This document shows, piece by piece, positions 1-10,855 of a stretch of DNA of 64,000 nucleotides (positions are counted from its first letter, which is position 1; the number at the start of each line of letters is the position of its first letter). Position numbers and translations under genes: made by a program. The stretch lies in the NCBI GenBank assembly GCA_050250875.1, contig JBFWNV010000010.1, positions 22,221 through 86,220 on the forward strand, written 5' to 3'. This stretch comes from Vicinamibacterales bacterium (lineage in GTDB: Bacteria > Acidobacteriota > Vicinamibacteria > Vicinamibacterales > UBA2999). Below the pieces are notes generated by a model. That model saw only the letters and a program-made list of their open reading frames with translations, searched no databases and was not told the origin of the DNA.

Positions 1-356
1 GCGTAGCCGTAGCCGCCCTCGCCGCTGCCGGTGTTGACGAGCCAGTGCGCGTAGAGGGTGCCGTCGGCCGCCGCCGTCACCGACGGGTGGTCGGCCCAGT
101 TCACGAACCAGTTGTTGGCGCGCGCGATCTCGACCGGGGCGCTCCACGCGCGGCCGTCCAGGCGCGAAAAGCGCAGCGCGTGCGCGCCGCCGCCGGCCGG
201 CTCGAGCCACGAGAGGTAGGTGCGGCCATCGCGCCCGGTGGTGAGCGAGTACATGCCGCTGCCGTCGCCGGCAGGCGTCGCCAGCGGTTCCACCGGGCCG
301 GCGGCCGGCACGCCGGCTACGGCGACGAGCCCGAGCAGGAGCAGTGACGCGCGCAT
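1..356 (-). CDS. Secreted BNR/sialidase-like beta-propeller protein (5' part; runs off the window start)
   Basis: Manual translation from ATG 356: MRASLLLLGLVAVAG (signal peptide)...TYLSWLEP...LRFSRLDGRAWSAPVEIA...WFVNWADHPSV. Not in the ORF track. Confidence 0.65.
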   Translation of the reverse strand, partial: MRASLLLLGLVAVAGVPAAGPVEPLATPAGDGSGMYSLTTGRDGRTYLSWLEPAGGGAHALRFSRLDGRAWSAPVEIARANNWFVNWADHPSVTAAADGTLYAHWLVNTGSGEGGYGY

Positions 357-419
357 GGCGCCATTGTGCCGCAAGTCAACGACCTGGGGCATCGTGTCCG
401 ACCCGCGGGGCCCGCGACG

Positions 420-1355
420 TCAGCCGGCCGCGCTGATGAGGTCGCGGCGTTCGGTGTCGGTCAGCGGCCTGGCGGCCCCGGCGGCGGCGTTCTCGGCCAT
501 GTAGACCGGGTTGCCGGTGCCCGGAATCACGCAGGTGACGGCCGGATGTCCGAGCACGAACCTGAGGGCCAGCTGCGCCCAGCTCACGGCGCCCGCATCG
601 GCGGCCCAGCCGGGCAGCGGCCGGCCACGCAGCCGGCGCAGCAGGCCGCCGCCGCCGAACGGCATGTTGACGATCACCGCCACGCCGCGGTCGCGCGCCA
701 GCGGCAGCACCCGCGCCTCGGCGGCGCGGTCGTCGAGCGCGTAGTTGATTTGCAGGAAGTCGAGCGGCTCGACCTTCAGCACCGCCTCGACCTGCGGATA
801 CGACGAGGCCGTGTAGTGCGTGATGCCGACGTAGCGGATCCGGCCCTGCTGCTTCCACGCCCGCAGCGTCGTCAGGTGCGTACGCCAGTCGAGCAGGTTG
901 TGCACCTGCAGCAGATCGATACGCGTCGTGCGCAGCAGCCGGAACGACTGCTCCATCTGGGCGATGCCGGCGTCGCGCCCGCTGGTCCACACCTTGGTGG
1001 CGAGGAACGCCGGCGGCCGGGTCGCCCGGGCGGCGAGCAGCTCCCCGGTGGTCTGCTCGGCGCGGCGATACATCGGCGAGCTGTCGATCACGGTGCCGCC
1101 GGCGGCGAACAGCGCATCGAGCACGCCAGGCAGCCGCTGGTAGTCGGCGCTGCCGGGAGCGACGTCGAAATTGAGCCAGGTGCCGACGCCGACGACGGGC
1201 AGGGCCTCGCCGCTCGACGGGATCGGTCGGGTGTGCATGCGGGTGGACACGATGGGCTGGGCAGCGACGTCGAGGGCGCCCGGTGGCCACAGCGCCGCCC
1301 CGGCGGCGGCTCCGGCGCGACGAAGGAAATGGCGGCGGGAGCTGACTGGCGGCAT
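420..1355 (-). CDS. Aldo/keto reductase with Tat-like signal
   Basis: SRRHFL twin-arginine N-terminus; LPVVGVGTW, IDSSPMY, LATKVW, DLLQVHN, VIPGT AKR motifs. Start moved to ATG 1355. Confidence 0.85.
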   Translation of the reverse strand: MPPVSSRRHFLRRAGAAAGAALWPPGALDVAAQPIVSTRMHTRPIPSSGEALPVVGVGTWLNFDVAPGSADYQRLPGVLDALFAAGGTVIDSSPMYRRAEQTTGELLAARATRPPAFLATKVWTSGRDAGIAQMEQSFRLLRTTRIDLLQVHNLLDWRTHLTTLRAWKQQGRIRYVGITHYTASSYPQVEAVLKVEPLDFLQINYALDDRAAEARVLPLARDRGVAVIVNMPFGGGGLLRRLRGRPLPGWAADAGAVSWAQLALRFVLGHPAVTCVIPGTGNPVYMAENAAAGAARPLTDTERRDLISAAG

Positions 1356-1445
1356 CGCGGCGTCTGCTGTCAGCCTAGCAGCCCGGGAGCGGCGTGGCCG
1401 AACCGAGACCGGCCGGGCTGGCGTATCGTGGGGACGGCCCTCGTG

Positions 1446-2339
1446 ATGAACCCGCCGCCGTCCTTCGGCATCGTTCCCCCCGGATTCCGCCTGCCGGACG
1501 CCACGCACGTCGGCGCCATGCGGCTGCAGGTCGGCGATCTCACCCGGTCGCTCGAGTACTACACCGACGTCCTCGGACTGCGCGCCGTCCGCGCCACCGA
1601 TGCGGCGGCGTGGCTCGCGCCGGCGGGCAGCGATCGGGTGCTGGTCGAGCTGCAGGCTCGCCCCGGCGCCCGGCCGGTGCCGCGCCAGGGCCGGCTCGGG
1701 TTGTTCCACTTCGCGATTCGCGTGCCCGACCGCCCGACCCTCGGCCGCTTCGTGCGGCACCTCGCCGACCGCGGCGTGTACGCCGGCAGCGCCGACCACG
1801 CCGTCAGCGAAGCCCTCTACCTGACCGACCCCGACGGCCTCGGCATCGAGGTCTACGCCGACCGCCCGCGCGACGCCTGGCGTCTGGCCGGGCGTGAGCT
1901 CTACATGACCACCGAGGCGCTGGATCTGCGCGACCTGGTGCGCGCCGCCGGCGACACGGCGTGGACGGGACTGCCGGCCGGGACGACGATGGGCCACGTG
2001 CATCTGCACGTCGGCGACCTGGCCGCCGGCGCGGCGTTCTACCACCTCGCGCTCGGCTTCGATCAAGTGGTGTGGAGCTATCCGGGGGCGCTCTTCCTGT
2101 CGGCCGGCGGCTATCACCACCACCTGGGCACCAATACCTGGGCCGCCGGGGCGCCCCCGGCCGAGGAACACGAGGCCCGCCTGCTCGACTGGGCCCTGGT
2201 GCTTCCGGACGCGGCATCACGTGACGCCGCGGCGGCCAGCCTGCAGGCCGCGGGCTACGCCACCACCGGCGACGGCCACGACGTCATTGCCCGCGATCCC
2301 TGGGGCACGGCGGTGCGTCTGCAGGCCCCGCAGACGTAA
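1446..2339 (+). CDS. VOC family protein, catechol 2,3-dioxygenase (CatE)-like
   Basis: GLFHFAI, DHAVSEALYLTDPDGLGIEVYADRP, MGHVHLHV, GGYHHHLGTNTW motifs in the C-terminal part of ORF 366..2339. Confidence 0.85.
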   Translation: MNPPPSFGIVPPGFRLPDATHVGAMRLQVGDLTRSLEYYTDVLGLRAVRATDAAAWLAPAGSDRVLVELQARPGARPVPRQGRLGLFHFAIRVPDRPTLGRFVRHLADRGVYAGSADHAVSEALYLTDPDGLGIEVYADRPRDAWRLAGRELYMTTEALDLRDLVRAAGDTAWTGLPAGTTMGHVHLHVGDLAAGAAFYHLALGFDQVVWSYPGALFLSAGGYHHHLGTNTWAAGAPPAEEHEARLLDWALVLPDAASRDAAAASLQAAGYATTGDGHDVIARDPWGTAVRLQAPQT

Positions 2340-2436
2340 TCGGGACTGTCACGATGACATCTTCAGCCAGCGCAGAGACTGCGACCCTGGCAGCAATCGC
2401 GCGGCGTTGAGGTGTCTCCGTGACAGTCCCGGTTAC
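2336..2436. repeat. MITE-like element with 18-bp terminal inverted repeats
   Basis: GTAATCGGGACTGTCACG (2336-2353) vs reverse complement of 2419-2436, GTAACCGGGACTGTCACG: 17/18 match, with imperfect complementarity continuing inward. Confidence 0.6.
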
Positions 2437-3164
2437 ATCGCGTCGTGGAAGATGACCCCGAGCGTGTGCCGCTGGCCCCGATGCAGCCGGCTGACACCAT
2501 GACGCATCGTGACGCGATAGGGCCCGCGGGCGCCGGTCACCGGCCGGTGGCTGACCGCGAATATCACCGCATCGCCCTGGCCGAGCGGCACGACGTGCAC
2601 CCGTGACTGCTGGCGCGGCCGCTGCTCGGTGAGCACGAACTCGCCGCCGTCGAAATCGACCCCGGGCCGCGACAGCAGCACGGCGAGCTGCAGCGGGAAC
2701 ACGTGGTCGCCGTAGAGGTCCTGGTGCAGCGCGTTGAAGTCGCCCTCACCGTACTGCAGCAGCAGCGGCGTCGGCCTGACCTGGCCGGCGGCATGGCAGC
2801 GCGCCAGGAAGGCGTCGTGGTCGGGGGGAAACGACGCGTCGCGACCGAGCTGGGCGTGCCAGCGGTTGGCGATCGGGGCCAGACGCGCGTAAGCGTCGGC
2901 CCGCAGCGCGGCGATCGGCTCGGGCAACGGATAGGCGAAGTACTTGTACTCGCCCCGGCCGAAGCCGTGCCGCGCCATCACGACGTGGCTGCGGAACGGG
3001 CCGGCCTCGTCGTAGCGCGCGGCCACCGCCCGGCAGGTGTCCGCGCTCAGCACGCGGCGGCAGACGGCCCAGCCGCAGGCGTCGAGATCGGCGTCGATGG
3101 TGGACCAGACGGCAGCGTCGAACGAGTGGCCGGCAATGGGCGGCGCCGTGGCGGCAACGGTCAT
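2433..3164 (-). CDS. 2OG-Fe(II) oxygenase (DUF2086 / prolyl-4-hydroxylase-like)
   Basis: HQD...H iron triad (LHQDLYG...MRHGVS), GRGEYKYF, C-terminal RHTLGVIFHDA. Confidence 0.85.
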   Translation of the reverse strand: MTVAATAPPIAGHSFDAAVWSTIDADLDACGWAVCRRVLSADTCRAVAARYDEAGPFRSHVVMARHGFGRGEYKYFAYPLPEPIAALRADAYARLAPIANRWHAQLGRDASFPPDHDAFLARCHAAGQVRPTPLLLQYGEGDFNALHQDLYGDHVFPLQLAVLLSRPGVDFDGGEFVLTEQRPRQQSRVHVVPLGQGDAVIFAVSHRPVTGARGPYRVTMRHGVSRLHRGQRHTLGVIFHDAM

Positions 3165-3258
3165 GCGTCCACGATGTCACGGCCCGACGCCTGGCGCACT
3201 CCGCGGCATGCGGTCGAAGTCGCCGTACGCGTCGGGCGACCGGCCCTCGGAGCCGGAC

Positions 3259-4254
3259 TCAGTGTTCGTACGGGACGTCGATCAGCCGATCGCCCGTCCG
3301 CATGTCCTCGTCGACCACGTGGAGCAGCGCCTTGGCGATCGGCCCCGGCCGGCCGTCGCCGATCGGCTGACCGTCCCACGCGACGATCGGCGCGACCCGC
3401 ACCGAACTGCCGATGAGCAGCATCTCGCGGGCGGCCCTGGCGTCGGCGACCGGGATGTCGCACACCTCGACGCCCTTCAGCACGCCGCGGCCGACAAGGC
3501 CGCGCGCCAGCTCCAGCATCCGCAGCGCCGTGCAGCCCGACAGGATGTGGTCGAACTTCGGGTGGCGCAGCACGCCGTCGGCCATCACGAAGGCGACGTT
3601 CATGTTCGAGCTCTCGCCGACGTGGCCGTTGGCGTCGATGAACACGCCGTTGTCCATGCCCGCCGCCTTCGCTTCCATCTGCATCAGGACGTTGGGCAGG
3701 TAGTTGGTCGTCTTGGTGATCGCGTACAGGGGCGGCTTGATCGGATAGGTGGTGGTCATCACCTTGAGGCCGTCGGTGTACCAGCGGTCGGGATAGGCCA
3801 GCCCCGGGAAGATCATCACGAAGAAGCCCGGAGCGGCGCCGGCCGCGGGGCTCAGCTCGAGGCTGCCCGGGCCCGACGACAGCCAGTAGCGGATGGCGCC
3901 GTCGCGCCGTCCGCTGACCGCGGTGGTGCGGATGATGATCTCGCGCATCTCCTCGCGCGTGCCCGGCAGGGTCAGCTTCGAGCGCTCGGCCGAGCGGGTG
4001 AACCGATCGAGATGCGCCTCGAGGTCGTAGATCTTCCCGCCGACCAGGCCGGCGGTGTCGAAGATGCCGTGGCCGCGGTGCACCATGTGGTCGTCGAACG
4101 GAATGACCATCAGCGCCGGATCGGTCACGATGCCGCCGAGCTGGCTGGAATAGAAAGCCGAGTACTTCACCGGCTGACGCTCGCGGAGGGCGCGCAGCTG
4201 GGCGAGCACCTGGGCGTCGGACAGCACATGGAGACTGGTCGTCGAGGCGGACAT
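3259..4254 (-). CDS. Class IV PLP aminotransferase (D-amino acid transaminase / ADC lyase-like)
   Basis: DDHMVHRGHGIFDT, HLDRF, KTTNYLPN (PLP Lys), ESSNMN, ILSGCT. Start ATG 4254. Confidence 0.85.
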   Translation of the reverse strand: MSASTTSLHVLSDAQVLAQLRALRERQPVKYSAFYSSQLGGIVTDPALMVIPFDDHMVHRGHGIFDTAGLVGGKIYDLEAHLDRFTRSAERSKLTLPGTREEMREIIIRTTAVSGRRDGAIRYWLSSGPGSLELSPAAGAAPGFFVMIFPGLAYPDRWYTDGLKVMTTTYPIKPPLYAITKTTNYLPNVLMQMEAKAAGMDNGVFIDANGHVGESSNMNVAFVMADGVLRHPKFDHILSGCTALRMLELARGLVGRGVLKGVEVCDIPVADARAAREMLLIGSSVRVAPIVAWDGQPIGDGRPGPIAKALLHVVDEDMRTGDRLIDVPYEH

Positions 4255-4338
4255 GGCGGCCACTCTAACAAATCCCCTGGCGCCCGTGGGATCCTCGGGG
4301 GCGGCCGGTCGTGCCGCCTTCGCCGCGGTCGCCGGGCG

Positions 4339-4386
4339 AGGGCAGAGCTTCAGCTCTGCCAAGAGGCGGCTGAAGAGCCGCCCTAC
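4339..4386. repeat. Inverted pair of GTAG-family REP-like palindromes
   Basis: AGGGCAGAGCTTCAGCTCTGCC (4339-4360), then in opposite orientation GTAGGGCGGCTCTTCAGCCGCC (reverse complement of 4365-4386). Confidence 0.7.
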
Positions 4387-4509
4387 GTCGTTCTCATCCG
4401 GGACACCGCGCAATTGGGCCTGGCGGCGGCGTGGGTGGCCGCCCGCGCAGGACAGGGCGGTCCGCGCCGCTGAGCCGCCCGTCGGAACGAATCGTGCACT
4501 ATTGGCCAC

Positions 4510-5610
4510 ATGCGGCTGGGCTTCGTTCTGCTCCTCGTCCTCCACGGCCTCATCCATCTGCTCGGCGTCGCCAAAGCCTTCGGCCTGGCCGCGCTGCCGC
4601 AACTGACCCGGCCGATCCCGCCGGCCCGGGGCCTGCTGTGGCTGGCGGCGGCGCTGGCATGCCTCGGCGCGGCAGCGGCGGTGTACGCGGCGCCGCGGTG
4701 GTGGTGGGCGGTTGGACTGGCGGCGGTGGCGCTCTCGACCGTCGCCATCGCCGGCTCGTGGATCGATGCGCGGGCCGGCGCCGTCGTGAACGTGATCGTG
4801 GCCGCGGTGGCGGTGGTGGCGATGGCGATCGACGGCCCCTGGGGCTACCGGGCCGAGTACGAGCGCGACACCCAGGCCGTGCTCGCCCGGCCGCGCCAGA
4901 CACTGCCGTTGACCGATGCCGACCTGGCCCCACTGCCGCCGCCGGTGCAGCGCTACCTGCGCGTGAGCGGGGCCGTCGGCCAGCCGCGCGTGTGGAGCAT
5001 GCGGGCGCGGATGCGCGGCCGCATCCGCGGCGCCGCCGACGCGCGGTGGATGCCGCTGCGCGCCGAGCAGGTCAACGTCTTCGACCAGCCGGCGCGACTG
5101 TTCTACATGACGGCGACGATGTTCGGCGTGCCGGCCGACGGCTACCACCGCTTCGCCGACGGCGCGGCGACGATGCGGGTCAAGGCCGCCGGTCTCGTGC
5201 CGGTCCAGCGCTCGGCCGGGGCCGAGATGACCCAGGCCGAAACCGTCACGCTCTTCAACGACATGTGCGTGATGGCCCCGGCGACCCTGATCGATCCGGC
5301 GATCCGCTGGGAGGCGGTGGACGACCGCCGCGCCCGGGCCACGTTCGCGCACGCCGGCCACACCATCCGGGCCGAACTGGATTTCAACGACGCCGGCGAA
5401 CTGGTGGACTTCCGGTCCGACGACCGCCGGCGGTCAGAGGGCGACGGCCGCACGATGACCGCGGTGCGCTGGTCGACGCCGCTTCGCGACTATCGCCAGT
5501 TCGGCGCCGCGCGTCTGATGGGCCGCGGGGAAGCACGCTGGCACGACCCGGCCGGCGAGTTCGCGTATATCGAGTTCGAGATGGAGGACGTGCGCTACAA
5601 CGTGCCGTGA
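4510..5610 (+). CDS. Membrane-anchored DUF6544-like protein
   Basis: About 4 N-terminal TM segments (LHGLIHLLG), then DLAPLPPPVQRYL and ETVTLFNDMC...AP in the soluble domain. Confidence 0.7.
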   Translation: MRLGFVLLLVLHGLIHLLGVAKAFGLAALPQLTRPIPPARGLLWLAAALACLGAAAAVYAAPRWWWAVGLAAVALSTVAIAGSWIDARAGAVVNVIVAAVAVVAMAIDGPWGYRAEYERDTQAVLARPRQTLPLTDADLAPLPPPVQRYLRVSGAVGQPRVWSMRARMRGRIRGAADARWMPLRAEQVNVFDQPARLFYMTATMFGVPADGYHRFADGAATMRVKAAGLVPVQRSAGAEMTQAETVTLFNDMCVMAPATLIDPAIRWEAVDDRRARATFAHAGHTIRAELDFNDAGELVDFRSDDRRRSEGDGRTMTAVRWSTPLRDYRQFGAARLMGRGEARWHDPAGEFAYIEFEMEDVRYNVP

Positions 5611-5719
5611 CCGACCCGCATCCGGCGCGGCATCCGGCGCCACCGGGCCCAGACCCCGGCCCGGGCGCGGGCAGCCGTGCCCGCTTGACAGGCGCGGCCC
5701 GCGGTGGCCACGCTGGGCC

Positions 5720-6673
5720 GTGCCCGCCGCCGCTTCCTCGATCGACCGCGACGCCGTCGCGGCCACCGCCACCCGCATCCGTCCGTACGTGCGCCGGACA
5801 CCCACCGTCGAGATCGACGTCCCGCTCACCGCCGGCGGCGCGGTGCCGGCCGTGCTCAAACTCGAACACCTGCAGCACGCCGGCTCGTTCAAGACGCGCG
5901 GCGCGTTCGCCAACCTGCTGCTGCGCGACGTGCCGGCTGCCGGCGTCGTCGCCGCGTCGGGCGGCAACCACGGTGCCGCCGTCGCCTATGCCGCGCAGCG
6001 CCTCGGGGTGCCCGCACGGATCTACGTGCCGACCGTCTCGTCACCGGCCAAGATCGCGCGCATCCGCGGCTACGGCGCCGATCTCGTCGTCGAGGGCGAG
6101 CGATACGCCGATGCGCTCGCCGCCAGCCAGGCCTGGCAGGCCGGCTCCGGCGCCTTGCCGGTACACGCCTTCGATCAGCGCGAGACGCTGCTCGGCGCCG
6201 CCTCGGTGGGCATGGAACTGCTCGACCAGGCGCCGGACGTCACGACGGTACTCGTGGCCGTCGGCGGCGGTGGGCTCATCGGCGGCATCGCCGCGTGGTG
6301 CGCCGGTCGAGTCAGAGTCGTCGGCGTGGAGCCGGTCGGCGCACCGACGCTCACCGCCGCCCTCGCTGCGGGGCGCCCCGTCGACGCCCCGGCCGGCAGC
6401 GTGGCCGCCGACTCGCTGGCGCCACGACAGGTCGGCGCGCTGATGTTCCCGATCGCGCAGGCGCACGTCGCCGAGGTGGTGCTGATCACCGACGCCGACA
6501 TCCGCCGGGCGCAGGCCACGTTGTGGGAGGCGTTCCGGCTGGTCGTCGAACCCGGGGGCTCGGCGGCGTTCGCGGCGCTGGCGTCGGGGGCGTACGTGCC
6601 CGCACCTGGCGAACGCGTCGCCGTCGTCGTGAGCGGCGCCAACACGGTGCTCGAGGGCTGGCCTCCGGCATGA
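5720..6673 (+). CDS. Threonine/serine dehydratase family PLP enzyme
   Basis: [39 protein letters not shown]. Confidence 0.9.
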   Translation: MPAAASSIDRDAVAATATRIRPYVRRTPTVEIDVPLTAGGAVPAVLKLEHLQHAGSFKTRGAFANLLLRDVPAAGVVAASGGNHGAAVAYAAQRLGVPARIYVPTVSSPAKIARIRGYGADLVVEGERYADALAASQAWQAGSGALPVHAFDQRETLLGAASVGMELLDQAPDVTTVLVAVGGGGLIGGIAAWCAGRVRVVGVEPVGAPTLTAALAAGRPVDAPAGSVAADSLAPRQVGALMFPIAQAHVAEVVLITDADIRRAQATLWEAFRLVVEPGGSAAFAALASGAYVPAPGERVAVVVSGANTVLEGWPPA

Positions 6674-6686
6674 ACAGGAGACCGAC

Positions 6687-7772
6687 GTGATGCGGAGGGT
6701 GCCGGCGGCGCGCGACCGGGTCCGCGCGTTCTGCGAGGCCAACGGGCTGCGGCTGCCCATCCTGCTGGCACCGATGGCGGGCGCGTGCCCCGTCGCGCTG
6801 TCGGTGGCCGTCGCCCGCGCCGGCGGCATGGGCGCAATGGGGGCGCTGGTGCATCCGCCCGACGAGATCCGCCGCTGGGTCGAGGACTTCCGCGCCAGCG
6901 GCGAGGCGGCGGTGCAGCTCAACACGTGGATTCCCGATCCGCCGCCCGTTCGCGATGCCGGTGCCGAAGCGCGCCTGCGCGCGTTCCTCGGCGGCTGGGG
7001 CCCGGCGGTGGCGGCCGCCGCAGGAGACGCCGTGCCGCCCGACTTCGCGGCGCAGTGCGACGCGTTCGTCGAACTGGCGCCGCCGGCGGTGTCGTCGATC
7101 ATGGGGCTCTTCCCCGCCGATGTCGTGGCCCGGCTGAAGGCGCGGCGCATCCGCTGGTTCGCCACGGCGACGACGCTGGACGAGGCGCTGGCGGCGGAAG
7201 CGGCCGGGGCCGACGCGGTGATTGCGCAGGGCATCGAGGCGGGCGGCCATCGCGGCGTGTTCGACGCGGCGCGGGCCGAGCGTCAAGCCATCGGCCTGAT
7301 CGCGCTGGTGCCCCGTCTGGCCGATCGGCTCACCGTGCCGATCATCGCCGCCGGCGGCATCGCCGACGGGCGCGGCGTGGCCGCTGCGCTCACGTTGGGC
7401 GCATCCGCGGTGGCGATCGGCACGGCGTTCCTGCGCTGCCCCGACGCCGGCGTGGCGCCGGCCTGGGCCGCGGCGCTCAGAGACCTCGCTCCCGAGGACA
7501 CGACGCTCACGCGGGCCTTCACGGGCCGGCTCGCACGCGCGGTGGACACCGACTACACGCGGGCCGCGCGCGCGCCGGATGCGCCGCCGCCAGCGCCGTA
7601 TCCGGTCCAGCGCGGACTGGCGCGTGCGATGACGACGGCGGCGGCGGCCCGCGGGGATGCGCGCGCGATGCAGATGTGGGCTGGCCAGGCGGCGGCGCTG
7701 GGTCGGGGCGAGCCGGCCGGCGAGGTGGTGCGGAGAATCTGGGAGGAGGCCCACGGCCTCCTCCCCCGATAG
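6687..7772 (+). CDS. Nitronate monooxygenase family flavoprotein
   Basis: [49 protein letters not shown]; AGGAG RBS at 6676-6680. Confidence 0.9.
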   Translation: MMRRVPAARDRVRAFCEANGLRLPILLAPMAGACPVALSVAVARAGGMGAMGALVHPPDEIRRWVEDFRASGEAAVQLNTWIPDPPPVRDAGAEARLRAFLGGWGPAVAAAAGDAVPPDFAAQCDAFVELAPPAVSSIMGLFPADVVARLKARRIRWFATATTLDEALAAEAAGADAVIAQGIEAGGHRGVFDAARAERQAIGLIALVPRLADRLTVPIIAAGGIADGRGVAAALTLGASAVAIGTAFLRCPDAGVAPAWAAALRDLAPEDTTLTRAFTGRLARAVDTDYTRAARAPDAPPPAPYPVQRGLARAMTTAAAARGDARAMQMWAGQAAALGRGEPAGEVVRRIWEEAHGLLPR

Positions 7773-7822
7773 GGGTCAGACCCCATTCTGGCCGGGCCCA
7801 GAATAGGGGTCAGACCCCTATC
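7768..7822. repeat. GGGGTCAGACCCC doublet forming a long hairpin between convergent genes
   Basis: GGGGTCAGACCCC at 7772-7784 and 7806-7818; GATAGGGGTC pairs with GACCCCTATC and ATTCTGG with CCAGAAT. Confidence 0.7.
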
Positions 7823-7855
7823 TGGGCGCGAACAGACTTGTGGCAGTTCCTGCGA

Positions 7856-9334
<1,479 letters not shown>

Positions 9335-9412
9335 GCCTCCTGGACATTCGCCCCCGCGCGGGGGCACATCTGAATAGACGCAGCGCCCCCTGGCATCGGC
9401 CTGTCGCGCGGA

Positions 9413-10855
9413 TTACACCTGTGACAGGCGGCGCCCGCGGGAGCGGTCCGGCCCTCCGGCGGCGGGCGCGGCCGGCAGGGTGACGGTGAAGGTGCTGCCC
9501 TCGCCGACCACCGAGGCCACGTCCACCCGCCCGCCGTGCGCCTCGACGACCGCCTTGACGAGCGACAGGCCGAGGCCGAGGCCGCGCGCCGACCGGCTGG
9601 CGTCGCCGCGGTAGAGACGATCGAACACCAGCGGCAGATCCGACGCCGGGATGCCGACGCCGGTGTCGCGGACGCGAATCGCCACGCCGTCGCCGTTCGA
9701 CGCCGCGGCGACGTCGACGCGGCCACCCGCCGGCGTGTACTTCACGGCGTTCTCGATCAGATTGGCGAGCACCTGGCGCAGCCGCGTGTGATCGGCGACC
9801 ACCCGAAGTCCGGGCGGCACGGCGGCCGCCAGCGCCAGGCCGCGGTCCTCGGCGTCATCCGCATAGAGCGCGATCGCCTCGTCGACCACGGCACCCACGT
9901 CGGTCGGGGCCAGGGTGAGCCGCATCGTGCCGGTCTCGGCTTCGGAGATGTCCATCAGCGCGGTCAGCGTCGCGCCGAGCCGGTCGGCTTCCTCGAGCGC
10001 CTGGCCGAGCCCGTCGCGCACCGCCGCCTGGTCGCCGCTCGTCAGCGCCGTCTCGGCGACGTTGCGGAAGCGCGTCAGCGGCGTCCGCAGGTCGTGGGCG
10101 ACGTTGTCGAGGGCGCCGCGCATCCCGCCGACCAGCCCCTGGATCTGCGCCAGCATCGCGTTGATGCGGGCGCCGAGCTGATCGAGCGGATCGGCGGTGC
10201 CGCGCACCTCGACCCGGGCGTCGTAGCGGCGGGTCTCGAGAATCTGCCGCGTCGTGGCGTCGAGCGCGCGGACCGGCGCCAGGCCGACGTAGGCGATCAG
10301 CACGCCGCCGGCGACGGCGATGAGCGCCAGCAGCAGGCCCACCTGCAGTGCCCGGGCGCGGAAGTGCGCCAGCAGCTCGTCGCGCACGTGTGAGGTGCGG
10401 CCGACCTGCACGCGCACGCCGTAAGGCAGCTCGGCGGTGCCGATCTCGAGCGAGCTGCCGTCGATCGGGCTCGACTGCAGCATCCACGGCGAGCCGCGCC
10501 GCAGCGCCTCGACACTGGCGAGATCGACGGCCCGCCAGTCGGGCGGCTGCGAGGTGTAGATGACTTCGGCGCGGCCCGAGACGACGCGCACCAGCAGGCG
10601 CTCGTGCCGGCCCTCGCTGGCGTCGGCCTGGACCAGCCGCTGCAGGCCGCCGAGTCCGGCACGCTGGTACTCGAGGGCGTAGCGCGACAGCATCGAGGCG
10701 AGCACGTCGTGGTCCTGCGCCGCCAGGGCGCGCCCGAGCAGCGCGTAGGTGAAGACGAGCAGCGCCGTCGCGCTCACCGCGAAGAGCGCGGCGTACCACA
10801 GCCCCAGCCGCAGCGGCAGCGCGTGCCGCAGCGCGTCACTCCACCTTGAGGACAT
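9413..10855 (-). CDS. HAMP-domain sensor histidine kinase
   Basis: Two TM helices, AHDLRTPL H-box, NLIENAVKY, DTGVGI, GLGLGL; overlaps the end of the regulator gene. Confidence 0.92.
   Translation of the reverse strand: MSSRWSDALRHALPLRLGLWYAALFAVSATALLVFTYALLGRALAAQDHDVLASMLSRYALEYQRAGLGGLQRLVQADASEGRHERLLVRVVSGRAEVIYTSQPPDWRAVDLASVEALRRGSPWMLQSSPIDGSSLEIGTAELPYGVRVQVGRTSHVRDELLAHFRARALQVGLLLALIAVAGGVLIAYVGLAPVRALDATTRQILETRRYDARVEVRGTADPLDQLGARINAMLAQIQGLVGGMRGALDNVAHDLRTPLTRFRNVAETALTSGDQAAVRDGLGQALEEADRLGATLTALMDISEAETGTMRLTLAPTDVGAVVDEAIALYADDAEDRGLALAAAVPPGLRVVADHTRLRQVLANLIENAVKYTPAGGRVDVAAASNGDGVAIRVRDTGVGIPASDLPLVFDRLYRGDASRSARGLGLGLSLVKAVVEAHGGRVDVASVVGEGSTFTVTLPAAPAAGGPDRSRGRRLSQV

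Noticed and set aside
420-1355. Tat signal on an aldo/keto reductase as a novelty
   Set aside because: Such N-termini are frequent on AKRs in environmental bacteria; no further support here.
7768-7822. Repeat-spacer-repeat as a mini CRISPR
   Set aside because: Only two short palindromic units, a self-complementary spacer and no cas genes.
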